NCBI GenBank assembly: GCA_964484435.1
Contig: CAZAGL010000001.1
Location: 1-35,930, forward strand
DNA length: 35,930 nt
Origin: an uncultured Caulobacteraceae bacterium
GTDB taxonomy: Bacteria; Pseudomonadota; Alphaproteobacteria; Caulobacterales; Aquidulcibacteraceae
Direction of reading: 5' to 3'
The stretch's first letter is position 1. Every line of letters begins with the position of its first letter. This document shows positions 1-8,951 of this stretch, one piece after another. Position numbers and translations under genes: made by a program. Below the pieces are notes generated by a model that was not told the origin of the DNA, searched no databases, and saw only the letters and a program-made list of their open reading frames with translations.

Positions 1-1
1 C

Positions 2-1177
2 ATGTTGGCAGGCTCGGCCATCCCGGCCTGGCGCGGCTGGGCGCTGTCTCCCAGGCTGGTGTTCGGATCGGCATTGGCCCTGCACGCGATTGCATTATGC
101 GGGATTCCCCTTTTTGAAGATGATTTTTATCGCTATCTTTGGGATGGCTATCGCACCGCGACTTCGGGCACGCCCTATGGCCCGCCGCCGGAGGCCTTCT
201 TTACCAATCCGCGCGTGCCCATCTTCATGCGCCGCGTGCTGGACGGGATCAATTATCCCGAAACACCGACGATTTACGGCCCCGTGCTGCAGATGCTTTT
301 TTGGCTCAGCCATGGTTTGGGCCCGGGGCAAGAGCGCGTGCTGCGCGCGCTGCTGTGCTTGGGCAATCTAGGCCTCATTCTCCTGTTGCTGCGCCGCCTG
401 CCGGCCGACAGGGTAGCGCTTTATGCCTGGAGCCCCCTGGCCTTCAAGGAAATCGCCCTTTCTGGCCATCCCGATGGGCTTTTGGCTTTGGCTTTGCTCC
501 TTGGCCTCATCTTGGGGGCGCGGCGCGCCAGCGTGCTGTTCGGGGCCTGCCTTGGCCTGGCGGCGGGCATCAAGCTTTCAGCCCTGGCGGCCTGGCCGGC
601 TTTGCTGCGCCTTCGCCCCGATTTGCGCGGCGCGGCGATTGGCGGTTTGGCCGCCGCCTGCGCCCTCGTGCTGGCCTATCTGCCCTTCGTGATCTTGGGG
701 GGCCATCACGCCAGCGATCTCGCTGGGCTGGCGGCCTTCGCCGCCAAATGGCAATTCAATGCCGGCCCCTATGCCTGGGCGGCGGGCGCGATCGGGGCCG
801 TGCCCGCAAAGCTGCTGCTCGGCGCGCTGGCGGTGGCGGCCATCGCCATCGTGCATATTCGGGCCAAAGCGGCATCGCCGCTTTATCCTTATCATGCCGT
901 GTTCGGCTGCGTGCTGCTGGTCTCTCCCGTGATCAATCCCTGGTATCTGCTCTGGGGCCTGCCCTTTGCCTGCGGCGCACGCCAAATCTGGCCTTGGGTG
1001 GCCTCCGGGGCGCTGCTGCTCAGCTATTGCAGCGGCCAGCAATTGCCGGGATCCGGCCTCGCGCTATTTGCCATTCATCCCGCGGCACAGGCGCTGGAAT
1101 GGGCCGCCATCCTGGCCGCCTTGGCCTTCGATGGCCGGCACATGATCTTGCCCAAGCCCAATCAGGGAATGCGCTGA
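2..1177 (+). CDS. Integral-membrane GT-C-type glycosyltransferase (DUF2029/GT87-like, polyprenol-phosphate-sugar dependent). The true 5' end may lie at or before the window edge.
   Basis: The 391-aa ORF is very hydrophobic, with many predicted TM segments. An acidic first-loop motif 'LFEDDFYRYLWDG' follows the first hydrophobic helix, which is the signature position and sequence type of GT-C/GT87 mannosyltransferase-like enzymes. Third codon positions are GC-rich. The ORF starts at nt 2, so the N-terminus is uncertain. Confidence 0.55.
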   Translation: MLAGSAIPAWRGWALSPRLVFGSALALHAIALCGIPLFEDDFYRYLWDGYRTATSGTPYGPPPEAFFTNPRVPIFMRRVLDGINYPETPTIYGPVLQMLFWLSHGLGPGQERVLRALLCLGNLGLILLLLRRLPADRVALYAWSPLAFKEIALSGHPDGLLALALLLGLILGARRASVLFGACLGLAAGIKLSALAAWPALLRLRPDLRGAAIGGLAAACALVLAYLPFVILGGHHASDLAGLAAFAAKWQFNAGPYAWAAGAIGAVPAKLLLGALAVAAIAIVHIRAKAASPLYPYHAVFGCVLLVSPVINPWYLLWGLPFACGARQIWPWVASGALLLSYCSGQQLPGSGLALFAIHPAAQALEWAAILAALAFDGRHMILPKPNQGMR

Positions 1178-2604
1178 AGCACCGAGATCAGCTTGCGGGT
1201 GCGGGGGCTGAACAAGGTGGGGCTGTAATAGGCGCTGGCCAAGCGCTTGACGATTTCGCCGCGCGTTGGATAGGGCGCGATGTATTTGGTGAAGGCCCGC
1301 ACGCTGAGGCCATTGGCCATGGCCAAGGTGACGATCTGGATCAGATCGCCGGCCCCTTCGCCCACGATCGTCGCGCCGAGGATTTTGGCCTTGGGCCCGA
1401 TCACCAGCTTGGCGAAGCCCTCATGGCTGCGCTCGGCCTGGGCGCGATCGTTTTCGTGAAAGCCCCAGCGCGTCACCATCACCTTATCGCCGAACTGGTC
1501 TTTGGCCTGCGCCTCGTTCAAACCGATCTGGGCCAGTTCCGGCTCGGTATAGGTGGCGTGCGGCATGGGCGAGCTATCGGCCCGCATCTTCACCTTGAAC
1601 AGCGCATTGGTCACGAACACGCTGGCATGAAAGCCGGCCGCATGGGTGAACTTTTCGCGCCCGCTGATATCGCCCACCACCCAAACGCGCGGATTATTGG
1701 TGCGCAGATAGGGTGTGTTGATCACGCCGGTTTTGTCGAACGCCACGCCACCGGCTTCCAGATCGAGGCCGTCGGTGTGCACGCTGCGCCCAACGGCCAC
1801 CAGCAAGTGCGTGCCATCAATGCGCGAGCGCGCGCCCGCCTCTTCGATCTCGACGCTGACGGCCCCCGCCTGGCCCGAAACCTGGACGGCCTTGGCCCCT
1901 TCCCGGATGACAACCCCATCGGCCCGCAAAGCCGCCACGACACATGCCGCCGCTTCCGCGTCATCGCGCCCGAGGCAGCGCTCCATTTCCAGCAACGTGA
2001 CATCCGAGCCAAGCCGGCGGAACGCCTGCGCCAGTTCCATGCCGATGGCCCCGCCGCCGAGCACGATCAAATGCTTGGGCAAATCCGGGATCTGGAAGAT
2101 GTTGAGATTGGTGTAATATGGCGTTTGCGCCAGGCCGGGAATGGGCGGCACGGCCGGCCCCCCGCCCGCGGCGATCACGATGCGCCGAGCCCGCACCCGT
2201 GAAGAGGCCGAAACGATCGTTTGCGGATCAGCAAAGCGCGCATGCTCGCGGATCACACGGCAGCCAAGCCCCTCGAAGCGCTCCTGGCTATCGATCGGGG
2301 CGATGGTGGCGATGACATCCGCGACATGCGCGCGCACCTTGGCCCAATCCACCTGCGGCTCGGCATTGGCGATGCCGAAGCGCGCCGCATGGCGCATGGC
2401 ATGCGCGCTTTTACCGGCGGCGATCAAGGCCTTGGACGGCACGCAGCCGGAATTCAGGCAATCCCCACCCATTTCGCCGCGCTCATACAGCACAACTTTG
2501 AGGCCAAGCTGGGCCGCCCCCGAAGCCACCGAAAGCCCGCCCGAGCCTGCCCCGATGACAACCAGATCCGCTTTATCTTCGGCCAAATCCGGGCTGCGCA
2601 TCAT
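1162..2604 (-). CDS. FAD-dependent pyridine nucleotide-disulfide oxidoreductase (dihydrolipoyl dehydrogenase / mercuric reductase-like class I)
   Basis: The N-terminal Rossmann motif is 'VVIGAGSGG'. The redox-active disulfide motif is 'GGDCLNSGCVPSK'. A second NAD(P) fold is 'LIVLGGGAIGMELAQ'. The C-terminal dimerisation region reads 'APYPTRGE', with Tyr where Lpd has the catalytic His. That argues for the MerA-like/uncharacterised branch rather than a true E3 subunit. The start overlaps the upstream gene by 4 bp. Confidence 0.85.
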   Translation of the reverse strand: MMRSPDLAEDKADLVVIGAGSGGLSVASGAAQLGLKVVLYERGEMGGDCLNSGCVPSKALIAAGKSAHAMRHAARFGIANAEPQVDWAKVRAHVADVIATIAPIDSQERFEGLGCRVIREHARFADPQTIVSASSRVRARRIVIAAGGGPAVPPIPGLAQTPYYTNLNIFQIPDLPKHLIVLGGGAIGMELAQAFRRLGSDVTLLEMERCLGRDDAEAAACVVAALRADGVVIREGAKAVQVSGQAGAVSVEIEEAGARSRIDGTHLLVAVGRSVHTDGLDLEAGGVAFDKTGVINTPYLRTNNPRVWVVGDISGREKFTHAAGFHASVFVTNALFKVKMRADSSPMPHATYTEPELAQIGLNEAQAKDQFGDKVMVTRWGFHENDRAQAERSHEGFAKLVIGPKAKILGATIVGEGAGDLIQIVTLAMANGLSVRAFTKYIAPYPTRGEIVKRLASAYYSPTLFSPRTRKLISVLQRIP

Positions 2605-3347
2605 GCCATCTCCTGCGGCTTGCTGGCCTTGAGCCGCTTGTAGAAAACAGGGATCAGCGACAGCACGATCAGGCCGACAATGGCCGCCAGCACCGTCGGC
2701 TGGGTAAGGGCACCGGCCAGATCCAGCTTGCCGCCTTGGGCGATCGTATCGCGCCCAGCCGCCCCGATCAGAGTGTACGTCATGGAGCCGGGAATGATCC
2801 CGAACAGCGTGGCGAAGAAATAGGTGCGCAGCTTCACGCCCAAAAAGGCCGGAACGATATTGACGATGAAGAAAGGAAACAGCGGCACGAGGCGCAAAAC
2901 CATCATGTAAGAAAACGCGTTCTCCCGAAATCCGGCTTCGAATTTGGCGACGAACCCGCCGGCGCGCGCCGCGAACACATCGCGGAAGGCGGTTTTGGCC
3001 GCAATGAACAAGGCCGTTGCCCCGCAGGTGGCACCCAGCACGGTCGGCATCACGCCGATCCAGCCGAACAACACCCCGCCTGTCAGCGTCAGCACCGCGG
3101 CACCGGGCAAAGACAGCGCCACCACGATGGCATAGGTAAGGCCAAAGGCCAGCATGGCCAAGATCAGATTGGCGCGCACCCAGGCATCGAGCGCCGCGAG
3201 ATTTTGCGACAATACGTCAAACGAAATGTATTTGTGCCAGCCCATGGCGAACACCAGGGCCACGGCCAGACCGATTACGGCCAATGGGGCAAATCGCAGC
3301 AGGCCCGGCTTTTTGGCGGCGGGCATGGGCTGTTCGGTCACACTCAT
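2601..3347 (-). CDS. TVP38/TMEM64 family (DedA-related, SNARE-associated) inner-membrane protein
   Basis: The 248-aa polytopic membrane protein contains 'LPGAAVLTLTGGVLFG' and 'RLVPLFPFFIVN', which are characteristic of TVP38/TMEM64-DedA proteins. It has ATGA-type 4-bp overlaps with both neighbours. Confidence 0.75.
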   Translation of the reverse strand: MSVTEQPMPAAKKPGLLRFAPLAVIGLAVALVFAMGWHKYISFDVLSQNLAALDAWVRANLILAMLAFGLTYAIVVALSLPGAAVLTLTGGVLFGWIGVMPTVLGATCGATALFIAAKTAFRDVFAARAGGFVAKFEAGFRENAFSYMMVLRLVPLFPFFIVNIVPAFLGVKLRTYFFATLFGIIPGSMTYTLIGAAGRDTIAQGGKLDLAGALTQPTVLAAIVGLIVLSLIPVFYKRLKASKPQEMA

Positions 3348-4159
3348 TTCGCGCTCCGGATTTCGTTGAGGCTCCAGTCATAGCCATAACCGGCGATGCC
3401 CGGGGCACCGGCGATCTTGGCCGCCTGGGCCGGGCTGGAATATTTGCTGAGATGGGCCAAAAGGGCCGCTTCATTGGGGCCGAAATCGGTTTTGAACCAA
3501 TCATAAATGCCCGAAAGCTGCAGCCCATCGGGCGTGACGCTTACGCCGCGCGGATTGCCGATATAGGCCCGGGCCGCCGCGTCCAGATCCGCGCTCAATG
3601 TCGCGGCGCGCCAGGCTTTGGTTGGCAGATTGGGGCAGCCGAAACTGGCGCAATTGACGGCATAATGCACGCGCGGATCCTTGAACTTGGCCCGCAAGGT
3701 GCCGTGCTCAATCTCATCGAGGGAATATCTCTTGCCCTCAATCGTCGCGACCTTGGTTTCCCATGGGCCGAGCAAGGCCTTGGGGCTGAGCGTGCCGGTG
3801 CTTTTGATATCGCGGATGGATTTGACGGGATAACTGCGCAGGATCACCCGAATGGTGATGGCATTATAAAGATTGGCCCAGGCGGCGAATTGTGCATCGC
3901 GCGAGAGCTTGGAGATCGGCGTCGCCTCGATGCCCTTGATATAGGCCTCCAGCGCCGCGACATCGGGCGTGCTGGCCTTCCAATCGGCATAGCGCACGCG
4001 GTTCACGCCATCCTGGCTCTGCACCACATAGCGGCCAAGCAGGCGATCAAACGCCGCGTCATCGATGGCCGCCTTGGCCGAGCCCCAAGCAAACAGCCCA
4101 AACATTGCAGCAATTAGGCCGCAGGTGAAATGTTTCCACGCCTGCATGATGCACTCCAT
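3344..4159 (-). CDS. DUF547 domain protein with an N-terminal signal peptide. The likely true start is the internal ATG at 4147.
   Basis: The core 'AFWANLYNAITIRVILRSYPVKSIRDI ... HYAVNCASFGCPNL' matches the DUF547 signature as I remember it. The N-terminus 'MQAWKHFTCGLIAAMFGLFAWGSAKA' looks like a Sec signal. A GGAG lies about 8 nt upstream of the ATG at 4147. Confidence 0.7.
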   Translation of the reverse strand: MECIMQAWKHFTCGLIAAMFGLFAWGSAKAAIDDAAFDRLLGRYVVQSQDGVNRVRYADWKASTPDVAALEAYIKGIEATPISKLSRDAQFAAWANLYNAITIRVILRSYPVKSIRDIKSTGTLSPKALLGPWETKVATIEGKRYSLDEIEHGTLRAKFKDPRVHYAVNCASFGCPNLPTKAWRAATLSADLDAAARAYIGNPRGVSVTPDGLQLSGIYDWFKTDFGPNEAALLAHLSKYSSPAQAAKIAGAPGIAGYGYDWSLNEIRSAK

Positions 4160-4415
4160 CTCTCTAGGACATCGATTAATCCGCTGAACTTTATGACATC
4201 GGGCAGGATGGGCGCAGAAATTCCGTTACGCCAACCGCCCCACACGCTCATGGCAGAACCGACCGACATTCTGTGAGCCCCAAGGCACCTCTCATGGCTC
4301 CAAGCTTTTACAATCATGTTAACGCCGGCCATCTTTTGGTTTTGCAGGATCAGCTATACGACTGCCTTGCGTTCACCACCAGCACGCAGCACAGCGCGGC
4401 GCAAACACATCACGT

Positions 4416-5210
4416 TCATTTCATCGCCAGCACGGCGGATGCCGGAAGCGTGGCGGGCAAAGCACGCCTTCGCCTACGCAAGGCTTCGCGCAGCACGACG
4501 TAAAGGATCTTGCCCCCCGCGCGCACGACGCCGCGCACGGTTCCTGAAATTTTTGATTTCCCGATGCGCCGGCGATATTGAACCGGGCGTTCCAGGCAGC
4601 GCAAGCCCATGCGCGCCGCCTTGATCTGCATTTCCACCGTCCAGCCGTAATCGCGATCGCGCATGGCCAGGCGCTCCAGCGCGCTGCGCGAAATGGCGCG
4701 GAACGGGCCCAAATCAGTGAAGTGCACGCCCCACAGGGCGCGAATCAGCGCAGGGGCCAGCCAATTGCCAAAACGTTGCGGGGCTGTCATCGCCCCCTTT
4801 TCCATATGCCCCGCTATGCGCGACCCGATCACCAAATCGGCCTGCCCGGCCAGAATGGGCGCAACCAGGCTGGCAAAATCCTCTGGCGCGTCGGATCCAT
4901 CGCCGTCGAGAAAGACCACGATCTCCACATCACTCGCCAGCGCGGCAATGCCCGCCAGGCACGCCGCGCCATAGCCGCGCGCCGGCTCGGCGATGACCTG
5001 CGCGCCCGCCCCGAAGGCGCGCGCCGCGGTGAAATCGGTCGAGCCGTTATCTACCACCAGGCATTGCGCGATCTGCCCTGCGCCGGCCGCCAGCACGGCG
5101 CGCACCACATCGCCAATGGCTGCCTCCTCGTTCAACGCCGGGATGATCACGCCGATTCGCGCCGCCTGAATGGGCGAAGAAGGGGCCGGGCCCTGGTTTT
5201 CTGACTGCAT
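4416..5210 (-). CDS. Family 2 glycosyltransferase (polyprenol-phosphate glycosyltransferase-like, DPM1/GtrB type)
   Basis: The sequence 'IGVIIPALNEEAAIGDVV ... VVDNGSTD ... VVFLDGDGSD' is the classic GT2 N-terminal fold with a DxD motif. I chose the start at ATG 5210 because a GGGGAGG Shine-Dalgarno lies 5 nt upstream. The track ORF extends to 5285. Confidence 0.8.
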   Translation of the reverse strand: MQSENQGPAPSSPIQAARIGVIIPALNEEAAIGDVVRAVLAAGAGQIAQCLVVDNGSTDFTAARAFGAGAQVIAEPARGYGAACLAGIAALASDVEIVVFLDGDGSDAPEDFASLVAPILAGQADLVIGSRIAGHMEKGAMTAPQRFGNWLAPALIRALWGVHFTDLGPFRAISRSALERLAMRDRDYGWTVEMQIKAARMGLRCLERPVQYRRRIGKSKISGTVRGVVRAGGKILYVVLREALRRRRRALPATLPASAVLAMK

Positions 5211-5321
5211 CCGCGCCTCCCCTTGCCGATTGCCGGACGAACGCTTTGCCGATTCTGCGTTTTCGCCAACCACCGAAACAACCATGGCGCGAGTTTATCG
5301 CCAGCGCCACATATTTGGCTC

Positions 5322-5342
5322 TTCGCGTTTACGTTACGCGAA
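5322..5342. promoter_or_regulatory. Perfect 7-bp-arm inverted repeat TTCGCGT-N7-ACGCGAA in the divergent GT2/MCP promoter region
   Basis: Read directly from the sequence: ttcgcgt ttacgtt acgcgaa. It sits in the 179-bp gap between the GT2 start (5210, minus strand) and the MCP start (5390, plus strand). Its function is unknown. Confidence 0.2.
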
Positions 5343-5389
5343 GGAATTGGCCGCTAGTTTGCTACGTGATTCGACCAACGAGGTAGCCG

Positions 5390-7324
5390 GTGCTCGCAGC
5401 CTTTCATAGCCGCCTGTCTTTGCTACAAAAGCTGGGCCTGCTTTCCGGCCTGATGGCCATTGGCGGAATCGTGCCGATCACCTTGCTGGCCCGCGCCAGC
5501 CTCATTGAATTGAGCTATGCCAAGGATGAAAACAAGGGGCGGCATTATCTGCGCCAATTGTGGCCGCAATTCGTAGCCGCCGCCCAAGAGCAACCCGCCC
5601 CGGCCATGAGCCCCGAAGCGCTCGCGCAAAGCGTGCAATTGGGGCTGGAAGAGCGCATCAAGGCCTTCGAGGCCGAGGGCTCAAGCGCAGAGCGCGTCAG
5701 CAAGGGGGCCGATCTCATCCGCGGTGCCGCTTCCTCGGCGGGGTTGATCCTCGATTCCGATCTCGATGCCTATTATCTCCTCGATCTGTTGACCAGTTCC
5801 TTGCCGGAAATCGTGCGCGTGGCAGCCGATGTGCGCGAGCGCGCGCATCATTCCCTGGAGCCGCTCGAAGACCGCCTGGCCCTGGTGGGGGCCTATTCCA
5901 AGCTCAGCCGCACCATGCTGCTGATCAACGACGCCCTGGCCAATATCGAAAGCGATGATCCGGCCGCCGCCGAAGTGCTCAAGCCGATTTTTTCGGATTT
6001 GGAATCGGCTTTGTTCGAACTGGATGATGCCGGCTTCAGCGCCTCCGATGCCGTCTTCTCCGGCGAAACGCAGATCGAGGCCGGGGATGTCGATGCGGCC
6101 GCGAAATCGGCCATCGAAGCGGTGAACACGGCCTGGATCGCCACCTATGATCAAACCGATGCGGTTTTGGCCAAGCGGCAAAAAGAAACGGCCACCACCT
6201 TCGCGGTGACGCTTTCGGTTGTGCTGGGGCTTTTGGCCATTTCGGGCATTCTTTCCGTGCTGATCGCGCGCGGCATCAGTTCACGCATCCGCGTGCAGCT
6301 GGCCGCCATGCGCCGCTTGATGGATGGCGATCTCAGCGTGGTGCCGCCTTACATGACGGACAAGCACGAAACCGGGGCCATCGCCGAGGCCGTGGCCGGC
6401 TTCAAGAACAGCCTGCTGGAAAAAAACATGTTGGAAGAAGCGGCCCAGGCATCGGAATTGCGCGCGGCGCAAACGCGCCGCGAGGAATTGCTGGCTCTGG
6501 CCGATCGCTTTGAAAGCAGCATTTCGGCCAATGTGGAAAAGCTTTCCCAAGCAGCGGACGATCTGGAACGCAATGCGCGCTCGTTGACGCAGGCGGCCGA
6601 AGGCTCGGCCCGGGTCAGCGAGACGGTGGCCATCACCTCCGATTCGGCAGCCATGAATGTGCAGATCGTGGCCGCCGCCACCGAAGAAATGAACGCCACC
6701 GCCGCCTCGATCGGCAGCCAAGTGCAAGAAGCGGCCAGCGTGGCCAGCACCGCCGTGACCCGCGCCCAAAAAACCGCGGCCAGCGTGCAGCATCTTTCCA
6801 ACGTGGCGGGCCATATCCACGAAGTGGTGGCGCTGATCGGCACCATCGCCAGCCGCACCAATCTTTTGGCGCTGAACGCCACGATCGAAGCGGCGCGGGC
6901 CGGCAGCGCCGGGCGCGGCTTTGCCGTGGTGGCCAGCGAGGTCAAGGCCCTGGCCGATCAAACCTCGCAGGCCGTGCAGGAAATCGGCCGCAAGGCCGAT
7001 GAAATCCGCACCAGCACGCATGATGCGGTGGCGGCCATGAAGCTGATCGATCAATCCATCCAGGCGGTGGAAAAAATCGCGCTGGGGGTCGTGAATGCCA
7101 CGGCCGAGCAATACGGCGCGGTTTCGGAAATCTCCCGCTCGATGAGCGAGATAGCCGGCAATTCAGCCGATGTGCGCAGCGCCGCCACCGAATTGCGGGG
7201 CGATGCGCAAAAAACCGGCGAAGGCGCGCGCGTCAGCCTGGAGGCGGCCCAGCAATTGTCGGCCCGCACCGAGCAATTGCGCGCCGATATCACCAGCTTC
7301 TTAGAGACGGTGCGCGCGGCCTAA
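5390..7324 (+). CDS. Methyl-accepting chemotaxis protein
   Basis: The highly conserved MCP signalling hairpin '[37 protein letters not shown]' is present. An N-terminal TM helix, a second TM helix near aa 270-290 and a HAMP-like segment are also present. The start is GTG, as in the ORF track. Confidence 0.9.
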   Translation: MLAAFHSRLSLLQKLGLLSGLMAIGGIVPITLLARASLIELSYAKDENKGRHYLRQLWPQFVAAAQEQPAPAMSPEALAQSVQLGLEERIKAFEAEGSSAERVSKGADLIRGAASSAGLILDSDLDAYYLLDLLTSSLPEIVRVAADVRERAHHSLEPLEDRLALVGAYSKLSRTMLLINDALANIESDDPAAAEVLKPIFSDLESALFELDDAGFSASDAVFSGETQIEAGDVDAAAKSAIEAVNTAWIATYDQTDAVLAKRQKETATTFAVTLSVVLGLLAISGILSVLIARGISSRIRVQLAAMRRLMDGDLSVVPPYMTDKHETGAIAEAVAGFKNSLLEKNMLEEAAQASELRAAQTRREELLALADRFESSISANVEKLSQAADDLERNARSLTQAAEGSARVSETVAITSDSAAMNVQIVAAATEEMNATAASIGSQVQEAASVASTAVTRAQKTAASVQHLSNVAGHIHEVVALIGTIASRTNLLALNATIEAARAGSAGRGFAVVASEVKALADQTSQAVQEIGRKADEIRTSTHDAVAAMKLIDQSIQAVEKIALGVVNATAEQYGAVSEISRSMSEIAGNSADVRSAATELRGDAQKTGEGARVSLEAAQQLSARTEQLRADITSFLETVRAA

Positions 7325-8826
7325 TCTGAAGCCGCCCGCTCCTGGCGGGGGATCCAAAAGGTGGCCAAGGCCGCGATGGCCATCGAGCCGCCGCCCAAAA
7401 GCAGCGTGCGCACGGCATCGCCCCCTAAAAAATGCGTCAAAATCGCGCCCAGCACGCCCGAGGCGATGATTTGCGGAATGACGATGAAGAAATTGAAGAT
7501 GCCCATGAACACCCCCATTTTCTGCGCCGGTAGGGCATCGGCCAGCATGGCATAGGGCAAGGTGAGGATCGAAGACCAGGCCATCCCCACTCCCACCATC
7601 GACAAGAGCAGCCAATTGGGATCGCGGATGAAGTAAAACGAGGCCAGCCCCGCCCCGCCGCACAGCAGATTGAGGGCATGCACGGGGCGCTTGCCAAACC
7701 GGCCGACCAAAGCCGGCGAAAAGAACGAATAAATCGCCGCCACCCCGTTATAGACCGCAAACATCACCCCCACCCAATCGGCCCCATCACCATAGCGAGT
7801 ATCGTTCGGGCCTTGCGCGCCGAAATGATGGGCAGTGACAGCGGGCGTGGAATAAATCCACATCACGAACAGGCCAAACCAGGAAAAGAATTGCACGAAG
7901 GCCAGCCGGCGCATCACCTTGGGCATGGCGGTGAGATCACTGAGGATCTGGCTGAAAAACTGATCGGTGCGCTGGGCGTGTTCCAGCCAGGCATTGATGA
8001 GAAAGCCAAACCCCAAAAGGACAATCCCGATGCTGAGCACAAAAAGCTGCGCCTCGGCGTGCCAATGCCAGATGGCCCAGCTCCCCAGCAGGCCAAGCCC
8101 CAACAACGCCGCGCCCATGCGCAGATAATAGCCGGCCCCCGCCCCCGGGCGCAGTTCCTCGCGAGACAGGCTGGGCGGCTCTGTGAAGGCGGCGAGGCGT
8201 TCTGGCGGATATTCCTTGGTGGTGAGGATCGTCCAGAGAATCGCGGCCGTCAGCGCCGCCGCCCCGATATAGAATGAGAGCTTGACGGAATCGGGAATGA
8301 TCCCCTCCGGCGCGGAATTGGCCACGCCAAACCATTTGGTCAGCATGAAGGGCGCGGCCGAAGCCAGCAAAGCCCCTGCCCCGATGAACACGCCTTGCAT
8401 GGCATAGCCACGGGTGCGCTGCTCGGTTGGCAGCATGTCGCCGACAAAGGCGCGGAAGGGCTCGGTAGCGATGTTGAGCGAAGCGTCGAGGATCCAAAAC
8501 GCCCCCGCCGCCAGCCAGAGAAAGGGCGCGTTGGGCAAAACCAGCAAAGCCAGAGAGGTCAAAATCGCCCCGGCCAGAAAATAGGGGCGTCGGCGGCCCA
8601 AAGGCCCCCAGGTGCGATCCGAGAAATGCCCGATCAAGGGCTGCACGATCAGCCCGGTCACCGGCCCGGCGATCCACAAAATCGGCAGGGATTCGATGGG
8701 CGCGCCGAGTGTCTGAAAAATCCGGCTGACATTGGCCCCCTGCAGGGCAAAGCCAATCTGAATGCCGAAAAACCCGAAGGACAGATTCCAGATCTGCCAA
8801 AAGCCAAGCAAGGGCTTGCGTTCCAT
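7321..8826 (-). CDS. MFS sugar:cation symporter of the GPH/SLC45 (sucrose/maltose transporter-like) type
   Basis: The protein has 12-TM-type hydrophobicity. The loop motif '[19 protein letters not shown]' between TM2 and TM3 is the RxGRR signature of SLC45/sucrose-transporter-like MFS proteins. The start is set at ATG 8826 ('[21 protein letters not shown]'). The 38 upstream codons in the track ORF look non-coding. Confidence 0.8.
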   Translation of the reverse strand: MERKPLLGFWQIWNLSFGFFGIQIGFALQGANVSRIFQTLGAPIESLPILWIAGPVTGLIVQPLIGHFSDRTWGPLGRRRPYFLAGAILTSLALLVLPNAPFLWLAAGAFWILDASLNIATEPFRAFVGDMLPTEQRTRGYAMQGVFIGAGALLASAAPFMLTKWFGVANSAPEGIIPDSVKLSFYIGAAALTAAILWTILTTKEYPPERLAAFTEPPSLSREELRPGAGAGYYLRMGAALLGLGLLGSWAIWHWHAEAQLFVLSIGIVLLGFGFLINAWLEHAQRTDQFFSQILSDLTAMPKVMRRLAFVQFFSWFGLFVMWIYSTPAVTAHHFGAQGPNDTRYGDGADWVGVMFAVYNGVAAIYSFFSPALVGRFGKRPVHALNLLCGGAGLASFYFIRDPNWLLLSMVGVGMAWSSILTLPYAMLADALPAQKMGVFMGIFNFFIVIPQIIASGVLGAILTHFLGGDAVRTLLLGGGSMAIAALATFWIPRQERAASD

Positions 8827-8844
8827 ATCCACTCCCCAAGGCGA

Positions 8845-8859
8845 TGTAGTTTTTCTACA
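8845..8859. promoter_or_regulatory. Perfect palindrome TGTAG-TTTTT-CTACA, a candidate RpiR/HexR-type operator in front of the MFS sugar transporter
   Basis: Read directly from the sequence, 19 nt upstream of the MFS ATG. It has the same GTAG-N5(A/T-rich)-CTAC core as a site upstream of hexR (19590-19602). It resembles the published HexR-type palindrome TGTAAT-www-ATTACA as I recall it. Confidence 0.3.
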
Positions 8860-8951
8860 ACTTCCCTTGAATGACGGCGCTTGTCGAGCCCTGGCTTTGC
8901 ATGACGCCCATCCTTTCGCTAAGATCACGCCATAGATCATGGAATCTTGCG

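Noticed and set aside
139-2202. 687-aa plus-strand ORF, one of the longest in the track
   Set aside because: It spans the plus-strand GT-C gene in a different frame and the antisense of the oxidoreductase gene. The composition is Arg/Gly/Ala/Pro-rich with no motifs. The overlapping real genes both carry clear family signatures. This is a typical GC-rich shadow ORF.
7321-7324. Overlapping or abutting convergent stop codons (MCP/MFS at 7321-7324, GT-C/oxidoreductase at 1162-1177, esterase/APC at 9876-9896, hypothetical/mini-flagellin at 31388-31393)
   Set aside because: These are real in the sequence, but they are common in compact GC-rich genomes. There is no evidence of a specific regulatory role, so I noted them only as context.
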